DNA of 64,000 nucleotides from Eledone cirrhosa (Eukaryota), in assembly GCA_964016885.1 (NCBI GenBank), contig OZ024740.1, positions 171,244,001 through 171,308,000 of the forward strand, written 5' to 3'. Below are positions 1-13,866 of this stretch, piece after piece. The translations under genes and the position numbers were made by a program. Below the pieces are notes generated by a model. The model saw nothing but the letters and a program-made list of their open reading frames with translations, made no database searches and was not told the DNA's origin. Within the stretch, counting starts at the first letter, position 1, and every line of letters begins with the position of its first letter.

Positions 1-220
1 TAATAATGGTTTCTTATATAGGCACAAGGCCAGCAATTTTGGGGGAGGGGAAAGTCGATTAAATCGACCCCAGTGCGTGACTGGTACTTTATTTTATCGA
101 CCCCGTAAGGATGAAAGGCAAAGTTAACCTCGGCGGGATTTGAACTCAGGTCATAAAGGACCGTAGCTCTATGCTGCAAAGCAAGGCGTCCGACCCTCTA
201 CCGATACTGCCAATCCACCG
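1..220 (-). mobile_element. tRNA-derived SINE (Meta-domain-like)
   Basis: The reverse strand shows an A-box-like TGGCAGTATCGG, a B-box GAGTTCAAATCC and the central motif GCCTTTCATCCTTACGGGGTCGATAAAATAAAGTACCAG. Many copies occur in the window. Confidence 0.85.
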
Positions 221-250
221 TATACTCTGTATACGGAACCATAGGGGTAG

Positions 251-290
251 TTATCTGATGAGCAGATAATATCTTAGAAATGTGTAAAGA
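251..290 (+). ncRNA. Degenerate hammerhead-like motif
   Basis: TTAT-CTGATGA-gcAGATA a TATCTta-GAAA-TGTGTA. Stem I is poor. An ATTGAGTAC tail motif follows at 422-430. Confidence 0.35.
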
Positions 291-877
291 TAGTCTCTTC
301 TGTATAAAGAGAGCTAATAGAAAGTGTTTACACTTCAGTGTTTTCACGGCGAAGTCTTCTAATTCAAAATTAGTTTATTTAGGCTGATCCAACGAACAGG
401 CCGTTAGATATCAACCATGATATTGAGTACTTTTTCTCTCGTGTGTGTGTATATGTATGTTTGTATGTATATATATATATATGTGGCGGAATGTCTTCTT
501 CTGGTGCTAAAGTCTCAACACTTTGGAACATAAGCTCGAATGGCCGGCTAACCAATTGGCATTTTTTATCACGTGACTAAACCATTTTCTACTTTATTAA
601 GCTACCTACCAGATCATAGATATGGAGTCATCCATTCTACCCTATGTTTTTGTATCTTATCTGTTCCCTTCTGGATATAACAGTAGCTTAAATTTATCGA
701 TTTGGTTTTTTTTTTAGGGCTAAACGAATTAAGATTGAAGACTGTTAGCATGTAATAACATGTTTTCGTTAGTGTTTCGGAATAGATACACAAGCTAATA
801 TGAAAATGAATAAAAGGAGGAATCTGTGGCAATTGTATACGAATCCCCATTCGGTTATTATTTCAAACATGTCAGAT

Positions 878-1462
878 GGGGAATGTCGATTAAATCAACC
901 CCAGTGCTTACTGGTACTTTATTTTATCGGCCCCGTAAGTATGAAAGGCAAAGCTAACCTCGACGGGATTTGAACTCAGAGCATAAAGGGCCGTAACCCT
1001 ATGCCGCGAAGCATTGGGTCCGACGATCTACCGATTCTGCCAATCCACATAAAATAATTGTTTCTACTTTAGGCACAAGGCCAGCAATTACCCAGTGCAT
1101 TACTGGTACTTTATTTTATCTACCCCGTAAGGATGAAAGGCAAAGTCAACCTCGGCGGGATTTGAACTCAGATCGTAAAGGGACGTAACTATGCTGGAAA
1201 GCATGGCGTCCGACCCTCTACCAATACTGCCAATCCACCGCCCTAAAATAATGATTTCTAGTATAGGCAGAAGGCCAGCAATTTGGGGGGAGGGGAAAGT
1301 CGATTAAATCGACCCAGTACGTTACTGGTGCTTTATTTTATCGACACCGTAAAGATGAAAGGTAAAGTTAACCTCGGCGGGATTTGAACTCAGATCATAA
1401 AGGGCCGTAACTCTATGCTGCGATGCATTTGGTCCGATGTTCTACCGATTCTGCCAATCCAC
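878..1462 (-). mobile_element. Cluster of three tandem copies of the same tRNA-derived SINE (about 878-1050, 1056-1243, 1248-1462)
   Basis: Each copy carries GGGATTTGAACTCAG (reverse B-box), CTGGT(A/G)CTTTATTTTATC and CTGCCAATCCAC. Confidence 0.85.
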
Positions 1463-1691
1463 ATAAAATAATACTATAAAATACAACTTGTTCATGCAGG
1501 TTTTTGATTTATAATTGTGTTTTTTTTTATCGTGATTTTATTATTTATTGTGTACTGATTTATTTATTTACGTATTAATGTTAGTATATATATGGGGTTG
1601 CTGGGTGTAGTCAAGGATTCCATTAAGTTGCTGATGTTTAGGGATTCCTGCCGTAGACACATAATTTATTGACTAGAGTTATATATATATA

Positions 1692-1767
<76 letters not shown>

Positions 1768-1884
1768 GTCGATCGACAAGATCCCAGGCATCATTCGCTT
1801 AACGAGTGGGATGGAACTCGTCAAATCAGACCGAGGAAACGATGTTTCCATTGGTCTTTCCAATTGTTAATACTATCAAGCGGT

Positions 1885-1961
1885 CGCAAATCCAGGCCGG
1901 GAATTAAACTTACAGACTCACGATTGCGAATCCAATTCTCTAACCACTCATCCACGCGCCT
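1885..1961 (-). mobile_element. tRNA-like SINE head, decayed
   Basis: The reverse strand reads GGCGCGTGGATGAGTGGTTAGAG...GTAAGTTTAATTCCCGGCC, with A/B-box-like motifs. Confidence 0.5.
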
Positions 1962-2198
1962 TCACTTTCAGTTATATATTATGTGTATATTAGTCAATTT
2001 AAGAAACATGGCTCATTTGCCCACTAGGCTCTTACATTTCTTTCTTTCGTGTTCACCTAGTCTTTGCACAAAACAGCTGAAACAATAAAGAACATATTTA
2101 ACTCCCGGTGATACCTTCCCAGTCGAAGTATTGGCCAATACACAGAGAGAGGGGGAGAAGAAAGAGAGACAGATACATATGGGTGTGTGCATGTGTAA

Positions 2199-2339
<141 letters not shown>

Positions 2340-2422
2340 AAAGTTCTATTTAAAATTGTTGGGATACAACAAGTAAATATTTTTATAACTGATGTAAAGC
2401 ACTCGACAAGTACTTGGAGTAG

Positions 2423-2790
2423 ATATACGATATTAATAAATGGAAACTATATTTATAAAACCATATTTATTTCATTATACATATTTCAGGGATACCAAAT
2501 TAAATTATGGTATGCCTTCATCAGACAAAATACAATATATAATAGTTTTACAAATAAGCTTTGACGTACCCTTTTAAAATGCAACCATTGTTTTTGGAAG
2601 TCATCCGGATGACTTCCAAAAACAATGGTTGTATTTTAATAGGGTACGTCAAAGCTTATTTGTAAAACTATTATATATTGTATTTTGTCTGATGAAGGCA
2701 TACCATAATTTAATTTGGTATCCCTGAAATATGTATAATGAAATAAATATGGTTTTATAAATATAGTTTCCATTTATTAATATCGTATAT
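2423..2790. repeat. Near-perfect 368-bp palindrome with an HHR-like motif in each arm (inverted Penelope-LTR-like element)
   Basis: Arms of 184 bp are centred on TCCGGA (2604-2609), and I see 2 mismatches. CTGATGA-AGGcATACCA-loop-TGGTATcCCT-GAAA lies at 2689-2729 (+) and 2484-2524 (-). Confidence 0.9.
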
Positions 2791-2825
2791 ATATATATAT
2801 GTGTGTGTGTGTATGTGTGTGTGTA

Positions 2826-2876
<51 letters not shown>

Positions 2877-2901
2877 ATGTGTGTGTGTGTGTATGTGCGT
2901 G

Positions 2902-2942
<41 letters not shown>

Positions 2943-2955
2943 ATGTGTGTGTGTA

Positions 2956-3012
<57 letters not shown>

Positions 3013-3059
3013 ACATACATGCATATATGCATATATATAAAGTAATCAGAGAGTTTACC

Positions 3060-3156
3060 CTCTGAGTTCAAATCCTGCTGAGGTTAACTTTGCCTTCCAT
3101 CCTTACGGGGTCGATAAAATAAGGCACCAGTAATGCATTGAGATAATTGCTGACCT

Positions 3157-3160
<4 letters not shown>
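3060..3160 (+). mobile_element. 5'-truncated SINE copy
   Basis: CTGAGTTCAAATCC...GCCTTCCATCCTTACGGGGTCGATAAAATAAGGCACCAG. Confidence 0.8.
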
Positions 3161-3195
<35 letters not shown>

Positions 3196-3196
3196 C

Positions 3197-3386
3197 AAAA
3201 TGTATGACCCCGACGGCAGAGCTCAAGCCGTTTCGACGGCTATTTCTGGACTGAAATAGCCGTCGAAACGCCTTGAGCTCTGCCGTCGGGGTCATACATT
3301 TTCATATAACCCACTCTACTACACTAAGTATTGTGTACGCTGGTGCGTTATGGTCCATCTGGTTCCTTACCACAACTCCTTCGTTA
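3197..3386 (+). mobile_element. Fold-back hairpin element (106-bp hairpin plus ~85-bp tail) inserted in (TA)n
   Basis: AAAATGTATGACCCCGACGGCAGAGCTCAAG...CTTGAGCTCTGCCGTCGGGGTCATACATTTT. Homologues lie at 12190-12384 (-) and 8729-8790 (half copy). Confidence 0.8.
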
Positions 3387-3422
3387 TATATGTATATATA
3401 TATACATACATACATACATACA

Positions 3423-3456
<34 letters not shown>

Positions 3457-3474
3457 AACACACACACACAAACA

Positions 3475-3564
<90 letters not shown>

Positions 3565-3810
3565 GTCACGAGACTGAGGACTCAATACCATAGTAGAAAT
3601 TGATTATGTATTCTTTATCAAGGCGAAGCTTGAATCTTGTTATTCTCAAAGTACTCATTCTGAGTACTGAATGGGTCGTCAGACAAGTCTTACTTGATGG
3701 ACCTGTGAGGATACAGGAGAAACTCTAGATTAACAAGATTCAAGCAAGGCCTTAATAAAAAATATATATGAAAGGTGGTAGTTCTTCACTATCCCGTCAT
3801 TATCTCCAGA

Positions 3811-4037
3811 AATAATGGTTTCTTACATAGGCACAAGGCCAGGGGGGGGGGGGGGGGGGGGGGGGGTGTCGATTAAATCGTCTCCAGTGCGTGACTGGTA
3901 CTTTATTTCATTGGCCCCGTAAGGATGAAAGGCAAAGTTAACCTCCTCGGGATTTGAACTCAGGACGTAAATGGTCGTAACTCTATGCTGCAAAGCATGG
4001 CGTCCAACCCTCTACTGATACTGCCAATCCACCGCCC
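3811..4037 (-). mobile_element. Full-length SINE with target-site duplication
   Basis: Same family as 1-220. TSD TTATCTCCAGA at 3800-3810 and 4038-4048. Confidence 0.9.
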
Positions 4038-4128
4038 TTATCTCCAGATATAATGTGAGGTATTCGCTCAGATAATCTACAATAAACTCGTGTATAAATT
4101 TATATATTCGCTATATATAAATTATATA

Positions 4129-4171
<43 letters not shown>

Positions 4172-4176
4172 GCGTG

Positions 4177-4208
<32 letters not shown>

Positions 4209-4844
4209 TGTGTGAAGTGTTATGATTTTATCACCGGGTGTGAACGAATTCACACGTGAACCAAGCCGTAGCTTGTCCAAAATTTGTGTGCATAATTGTT
4301 ATTTAGTAACTATATATGTGTGTGTATGTGTCGGTGTATCCATGTGTGTGTGTATGTGTCGGCGTGTCCATGTGTCTGTGTATGTGGGTGTAACATTGGT
4401 GTTTTCAGTATGTATGCAATGCATGCAATGATTGCAAGGCATGCCGAAGATAGATAAATAAAAGCAAATAAGGAGCCTCGTTTTTATGGGAAACTGGTCC
4501 ATGTACCCTACTTCAAATTATATGGTTTTGATTTACTAGCTTAAGTAATTGAGTAACATATGCACATATATATATACACACACATATATATATACATATA
4601 TACACATACTTATATATATATATGTGTGGGAGGGGCTGTATTCGTTTCTCCTGAATGAAACAGTCCTAGTCCTGTAGAAGCCATATCTATATTGAATATT
4701 TATACTCTGCTATATATAAATATTATACATGATTTCTAGATTTTACACTACATATCGTAGCGAGGGTGTATAGAGGGGATGGAGCTGGGTGTATAGTTGA
4801 GAATACATTACTTACTGTGGTTGCACCCGGGATATACATACACA

Positions 4845-4957
<113 letters not shown>

Positions 4958-5056
4958 AATGTGTTATATGGTTTGTTGATTATTCAACAGAGTTAATTTT
5001 ACAACAGATTAGAAGCACTCTACAGCTTTATCTGGAGTATCATTAATATTAAGAAT

Positions 5057-5123
<67 letters not shown>

Positions 5124-5124
<1 letters not shown>

Positions 5125-5602
5125 GAAAAGAATGAAATGAAATGAAATTTCTCACTCTTCGTACGGCTGATACTTAAATATAAGTATGTATACGTACATA
5201 CATATATGTATACAGACGTACAGTAGTATGTATATGTATACATACATGCACACATATATATATGTACGTATGGGTTTACCGAACATTTATTATGATGTTC
5301 GGTTTGTTTGTAAACAAACAGCCCGAATTAAGCCGTACAGTGTTTGGCAACCAAACGATTCTGACGATAGCTAAGGAGCTTGAAACTAGTTCATCGTACC
5401 TTTGTCAGTGTTGAACAAAAGGGCGACGATGGTTGCCAAACACTGTACGGCTTAATTCGGGCTGTTTGTTTACAAACAATCCGGACATTATAATAAATGT
5501 TCGGTAAACCCATACGTACATATATATATATGTGTGCATGTAAGTACATATATACATACTACTGTACATCTGTATACATATATGTATGTACGTATACATA
5601 CT

Positions 5603-5607
<5 letters not shown>
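5124..5607. mobile_element. Inverted-repeat element (arms about 5178-5353 and 5430-5607) with an HHR in the spacer
   Basis: The ~175-bp arms are reverse complements. The element is homologous to 19460-19820 and more distantly to the 467-bp tandem unit. Confidence 0.8.
5355..5397 (+). ncRNA. Minimal type I hammerhead ribozyme
   Basis: ACGATt-CTGACGA-tAGCT aagg AGCTt-GAAA-CTAG-TT-cATCGT. Confidence 0.7.
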
Positions 5608-5636
<29 letters not shown>

Positions 5637-5639
5637 TAC

Positions 5640-5688
<49 letters not shown>

Positions 5689-5691
5689 TAC

Positions 5692-5742
<51 letters not shown>

Positions 5743-5745
5743 TAC

Positions 5746-5786
<41 letters not shown>

Positions 5787-5789
5787 TAC

Positions 5790-5838
<49 letters not shown>

Positions 5839-5841
5839 TAC

Positions 5842-5888
<47 letters not shown>

Positions 5889-5909
5889 TATATATATATA
5901 CATATATAC

Positions 5910-5986
<77 letters not shown>

Positions 5987-5988
5987 GA

Positions 5989-6058
<70 letters not shown>

Positions 6059-6071
6059 GATATATATATAT

Positions 6072-6218
<147 letters not shown>

Positions 6219-6231
6219 CATATATATATAC

Positions 6232-6295
<64 letters not shown>

Positions 6296-6496
6296 TTTCC
6301 AACGTTTTATCCATTAATCGTAGCAGTACTGGAAGTTCTTTTTGTTAGTGTCCTTAGTTCGTCGGTTTCAATTTTTTGTACGTTTTCTACACCCCAAAAT
6401 AATTGTCTCGATTTCAACTTAAGGAAGAAATAGAACTGGGCTGAAGAGAGGCTGTAGGGAGGTTGTGGAAAAGTGGGAATGTTTTTCTTCTCCAGA

Positions 6497-7428
6497 AATT
6501 ATCGTGGTACAGTACCCAATCTCCTGCAATGTCCTTTCAGGCTCACTCGACCCATTTTCGAAGTCGTTCCAAGACATCTTTGTAGGAGTTGCGCTTAACT
6601 GTCTGACCTGGAGGTAAAAACTCTTTGTGAACAATACCACAGCTGTTGAAAAAAATATAATCATGGTTTTCACCCTCGATCTGCTTATACGTGCTTTCTT
6701 CGGACGAGGAGAATTTTTCGCGTGCTACTCCTCAATTTGCCGTTTTATCTGTGGATCGTATTCGAACACCCATGATTAATCTCCTGTTCTTACTTTATCC
6801 AAGACATTTGGTACAATTTAGAGTTTCTCTAGCAAATCCTGACAAATTTACAATCGATTCGCTTTTGGCTTTACAGACAAGAGTTTGGGCATTAGTTTTG
6901 CACACATTTATTGAGTGCGCAATTGGTCTGTTAAAATTCTGTGAACAGCATTTTCATCCAAAACTGTTTCTTCCGCAATCATCCTAACACTTAATCGGCG
7001 ATCTTTCGTCACCACCATACGCACCACTTCCACATGTTTTTCATTTGTTGCCGAAACTGACCTTCCAGAACGTGATTCATTTCCAGCATTTCCAACATGT
7101 TCAGCCCTCTTTGAAAGCTTTGTTCCACTTAAAAACTTACTTCTCGATAAAGTGACATCTGCATAAACTTGTGTTAAAGAATTAAATGTTTTGGTGGGTA
7201 GTTTGTTGATTTTCACACCAATTTTGATCGTGTACTGTTCTTCGATATTTTCTTGCACCGTACATGAACAGCAATAACTCACGACTGATTCAGTCGCTCT
7301 TGTTAAAACAAGTATGTACGTGCAGTCAGGGTCATAACCAACATGTCTATATATATCAACGGAGTGCTACGTTACCATGTCGTACTCAGGAAAATCATTA
7401 CCCTTACTTTTGCGGCAAACCTCTTATA
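6497..7428 (-). mobile_element. Decayed mariner (Tc1/mariner) transposon, 3'-truncated
   Basis: ORF 6908-7282 has the HTH-like DRRLSVRMIAEETVLDENAVHRILTDQL. Downstream frames give KTMIIFF and VLERLRKWV...DWVLYHDN. A TIR-like GAGGTTTGCCGCAAAAGTAAGGGTAATGATTTT lies next to TA at ~7391-7428. Stops and frameshifts are present. Confidence 0.85.
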
Positions 7429-7506
7429 AGCCAAGACTGTTTTACTTCCGGTACGTAACTGACCAAAGAAGGAACTTTACAGCAATATACATATATAGTC
7501 ATTCTT

Positions 7507-7542
7507 TCTTCTGATGAAGGGCTAGCGTCCGAAACGTTAAGA
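7507..7542 (+). ncRNA. Minimal hammerhead ribozyme in a ~140-bp Penelope-LTR-like repeat (7500-7640)
   Basis: TCTT-CTGATGA-aGGG ctagcg TCC-GAA-ACGT-T-AAGA. A second copy lies at 16109-16144 (-). Confidence 0.7.
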
Positions 7543-7630
7543 CCCTCTTGCTGCTATTTCAAGCGTTAAACTAATAAAACTAATATATTCCTTCTATATA
7601 CTGTACCTTTTGAGTTGTTATTTCTGTTAA

Positions 7631-7803
<173 letters not shown>

Positions 7804-8016
7804 TACTCTGGCCTACATAAAGTCATATAAGAAATTCAAGGTCATCTCAGCTCAGGACGCAACCGGATCTAGCGACCAAACTAAAACTGCTACATTTCTA
7901 AGTGTAAAATATAATTCTACACACTAACCACCAGTATTGAGTGCTCATTCGTTTGATGTCTGAATGTTCTAAGTAGTAAGGTATTTTTAAATACATATTT
8001 TAATATTTATTCTTTA

Positions 8017-8066
<50 letters not shown>

Positions 8067-8067
<1 letters not shown>

Positions 8068-8500
8068 TAGCAGAGGTACCCGGCGTTGCTCGGGTATTAA
8101 ATAGCAGTTGTGTATACCATTTATGTCAATACTTCAGTCCTACTTCGAAAACTATACTTTTACAAAATCATCGGCTTTTTCCAAAAGAGGGTTCCGACTC
8201 CCAGGGGTCCCCTACTCAATATGTGCCAATTCTGAGAGTTCACATTCATCTGTAGGACAAGCGTAGCCCATGTGTCAAGTTTTGTGAAAATCGGTTGCGA
8301 ACTCCAGAAGTTATGACGTTTTGTTGCATTGCACTGCAGTTCTTCAGTCGACTCCAAGGAAGTGGTTAAAGGGGGTTATCTACCGGGAGGCCCTATAATC
8401 AATATCTGGAAAAATGAAAGTGCTCATGACCATCCGGAGTACATAAGTAACCTATGTCTTAAGTTTGGTGAAAATACTGTAGAAATGTATAAGGTTTATA
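8067..8500 (-). mobile_element. Non-autonomous Helitron-like element (3' end at 8067)
   Basis: The reverse strand ends with the hairpin ACCCGAGCAACGCCGGGT, then ACCTCTG-CTAG/T. Internal AAGTTT(T/G)GTGAAAAT repeats are present. The 5' boundary is uncertain. Confidence 0.7.
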
Positions 8501-8847
8501 CATACGCGCGCGCTTGTGTGTGTGTGAGTTTGTGTGTGGGGGGATATGTATTTGTGTGTGCGTATGTATGTGTATGTCCGTCGGGGCATACGTATGTACT
8601 GGCCTAAATCTTCACTATTTACTTTTACTATTTTAATAACCTCTGTCATTTTCGTTTTCAATTTTATTTACATCATTCTTAAACTCCGCGGCTGGAAATC
8701 ATTCTGTTATGTTAAATAGAATATTTTAGACGGAAATAGCCGTCGAAAACGGCTTGAACTCTGCCGTCGGGGTCATTCTTTTTCCTATACATATATATAT
8801 ATATATATACATGAATATATATATATATATATATAATTATATATATA

Positions 8848-8885
<38 letters not shown>

Positions 8886-9194
8886 TATATATATATATAT
8901 AAAAACAAATAACGAAACGAAATTAAACTTCGTTTCGTTTGGAACTCACTTTCGTATGACTGACGCTTAAACAATTAAGTTAAAGATGTACATCCATATA
9001 TGTATACTGAAATACTAGTATGTATATAAATACACACACGTATACATATGTAGATGTACCAAGTTTTTTCACTGGTCACTTTACTGTGAGTGGCCAGCTA
9101 TTCTGTATGTAAACACACAGACAAACCGGTTTTTAGAGTCATACTGGTTTTTGAGGAAACACCTTTCCTCTATTCTCCAGAAAGCCAGACAAGG

Positions 9195-9239
9195 AATATT
9201 GAACTAGTTTCGTTGTTGTTACAACTCATCAGCAATATT
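9195..9239 (-). ncRNA. Type I minimal hammerhead ribozyme, copy 1
   Basis: Reverse strand: AATATTG-CTGATGA-GTTGT aaca ACAAC-GAAA-CTAG-TT-CAATATT. It has a 7-bp stem I, a 5-bp stem II and a palindromic stem III loop. Confidence 0.9.
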
Positions 9240-9661
9240 TACCTATCTTCCGGCCTCTCTAGAGAATCGTAAAAGCACATATCGTTATATGCTTTTTCTA
9301 TGAAAATTAGTAGTGGGCAGACTAATTTGCATAGAGTGTGAGTAAGTACCGGTTCAACGGAGACGATAAAAACAAATAACGAAACGAAATTAAACTTCGT
9401 TTCGTTTGTAACTCACTTTTGTATGACTGACGCTTAAACAATTAAGTTAAAGATGTACATCCATATATGTATACTGAAATACTAGTATGTATATGAATAC
9501 ACACACGTATACATATGTAGATGTACCAAGTTTTTTCACTGGTCACTTTACTGTGAGTAGCCAGCTATTCTGTATGTAAACACACAGACAAACCGGTTTT
9601 TAGAGTCATACTGGTTTTTGAGGAAACACCTTTCCTCTATTCTCCAGAAAGCCAGACAAGG

Positions 9662-9706
9662 AATATTGAACTAGTTTCGTTGTTGTTACAACTCATCAGC
9701 AATATT
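9662..9706 (-). ncRNA. Type I minimal hammerhead ribozyme, copy 2
   Basis: Identical to copy 1. Confidence 0.9.
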
Positions 9707-10130
9707 TACCTATCTTCCGGCCTCTTCTAGAGAATCGTAAAAGCACATATCGTTATATGCTTTTTCTATGAAAATTAGTAGTGGGCAGACTAATTTGCAT
9801 AGAGTGTGAGTAAGTACCGGGTTCAACGGAGACGATAAAAACATATAACGAAACGAAATTAAACTTCGTTTCGTTTGTAACTCACTTTTGTATGACTGAC
9901 GCTTAAACAATTAAGTTAAAGATGTACATCCATATATGTATACTGAAATACTAGTATGTATATGAATACACACACGTATACATATGTAGATGTACCAAGT
10001 TTTTTCACTGGTCACTTTACTGTGAGTGGCCAGCTATTCTGTATGTAAACACACAGACAAACCGGTTTTTAGAGTCATACTGGTTTTTGAGGAAACACCT
10101 TTCCTCTATTCTCCAGAAAGCCAGACAAGG

Positions 10131-10175
10131 AATATTGAACGAGTTTCGTTGTTGTTACAACTCATCAGCAATATT
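10131..10175 (-). ncRNA. Type I minimal hammerhead ribozyme, copy 3 (loop III variant CTCG)
   Basis: As copy 1, but the plus strand has AACGAGTT in place of AACTAGTT. Confidence 0.8.
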
Positions 10176-10598
10176 TACCTATCTTCCGGCCCTCTCTAGA
10201 GAATCGTAAAAGCACATATCGTTATATGCTTTTTCTATGAAAATTAGTAGTGGGCAGACTAATTTGCATAGAGTGTGAGTAAGTACCGGTTCAACGGAGA
10301 CGATAAAAACAAATAACGAAACGAAATTAAACTTCGTTTCGTTTGTAACTCACTTTTGTATGACTGACGCTTAAACAATTAAGTTAAAGATGTACATCCA
10401 TATATGTATACTGAAATACTAGTATGTATATGAATACACACACGTATACATATGTAGATGTACCAAGTTTTTTCACTGGTCACTTTACTGTGAGTAGCCA
10501 GCTATTCTGTATGTAAACACAGAGACAAACCGGTTTTTAGAGTCATACTGGTTTTTGAGGAAACACCTTTCCTCTATTCTCCAGAAAGCCAGACAAGG

Positions 10599-10643
10599 AA
10601 TATTGAACTAGTTTCGTTGTTGTTACAACTCATCAGCAATATT
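10599..10643 (-). ncRNA. Type I minimal hammerhead ribozyme, copy 4
   Basis: Identical to copy 1. Confidence 0.9.
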
Positions 10644-11062
10644 TACCTATCTTCCGGCCTCTCTAGAGAATCGTAAAAGCACATATCGTTATATGCTTTT
10701 TCTATGAAAATTAGTAGTGGGCAGACTAATTTGCATAGAGTGTGAGTAAGTACCGGTTCAACGGAGACGATAAAAACAAATAACGAACGAAATTAAACTT
10801 CGTTTCGTTTGTAACTCACTTTTGTATGACTGACGCTTAACAATTAGTTAAAGATGTACATCCATATATGTATACTGAAATACTAGTATGTATATGAATA
10901 CACACACGTATACATATGTAGAATGTACCAAGTTTTTTCACTGGTCACTTTACTGTGAGTGGCCAGCTATTCTGTATGTAAACACACAGACAAACCGGTT
11001 TTTAGAGTCATACTGGTTTTGAGGAAACACCTTTCCTCTATTCTCCAGAAAGCCAGACAAGG

Positions 11063-11107
11063 AATATTGAACTAGTTTCGTTGTTGTTACAACTCATCAG
11101 CAATATT
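11063..11107 (-). ncRNA. Type I minimal hammerhead ribozyme, copy 5
   Basis: Identical to copy 1. The array ends about 11 nt beyond it. Confidence 0.9.
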
Positions 11108-11334
11108 TACCTATCTTCTACGGAAAATATATTTACTCCATTCCAGAAACTAATTAGATGGAAGTGATATTTTAGTAAGTAAGTTAATTTTATAATTTTC
11201 TTATTTTACGTCTCTCATATTATTGTTCTGCAACCCCATGCATTGAACCACAATGTTATTAAGACAAAAACTATATATTTGCTAGCATCGGTATGCATAT
11301 GTATGTATATATATGTTACTAGATATGAATTCTT

Positions 11335-13860
<2,526 letters not shown>

Positions 13861-13866
13861 AGATAT

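Larger units (their letters stand above)
8901..11118 (-). repeat. Tandem array of ~467-bp units (~4.75 copies), each with a hammerhead ribozyme (retrozyme-like)
   Basis: Units are nearly identical. HHR motifs start at 9195, 9662, 10131, 10599 and 11063 (periods 467, 469, 468, 464). Confidence 0.95.

Noticed and set aside
130-220. Possible tRNA gene (A/B boxes)
   Set aside because: No complete cloverleaf is present and it is fused to a repeated SINE body.
3612-3760. Inverted repeat with CTTGATGGA-CCTGT..ACAGG-AGAAAC as a hammerhead
   Set aside because: The core deviates from CUGANGA. It is kept only as a possible decayed member of the tail-motif group.
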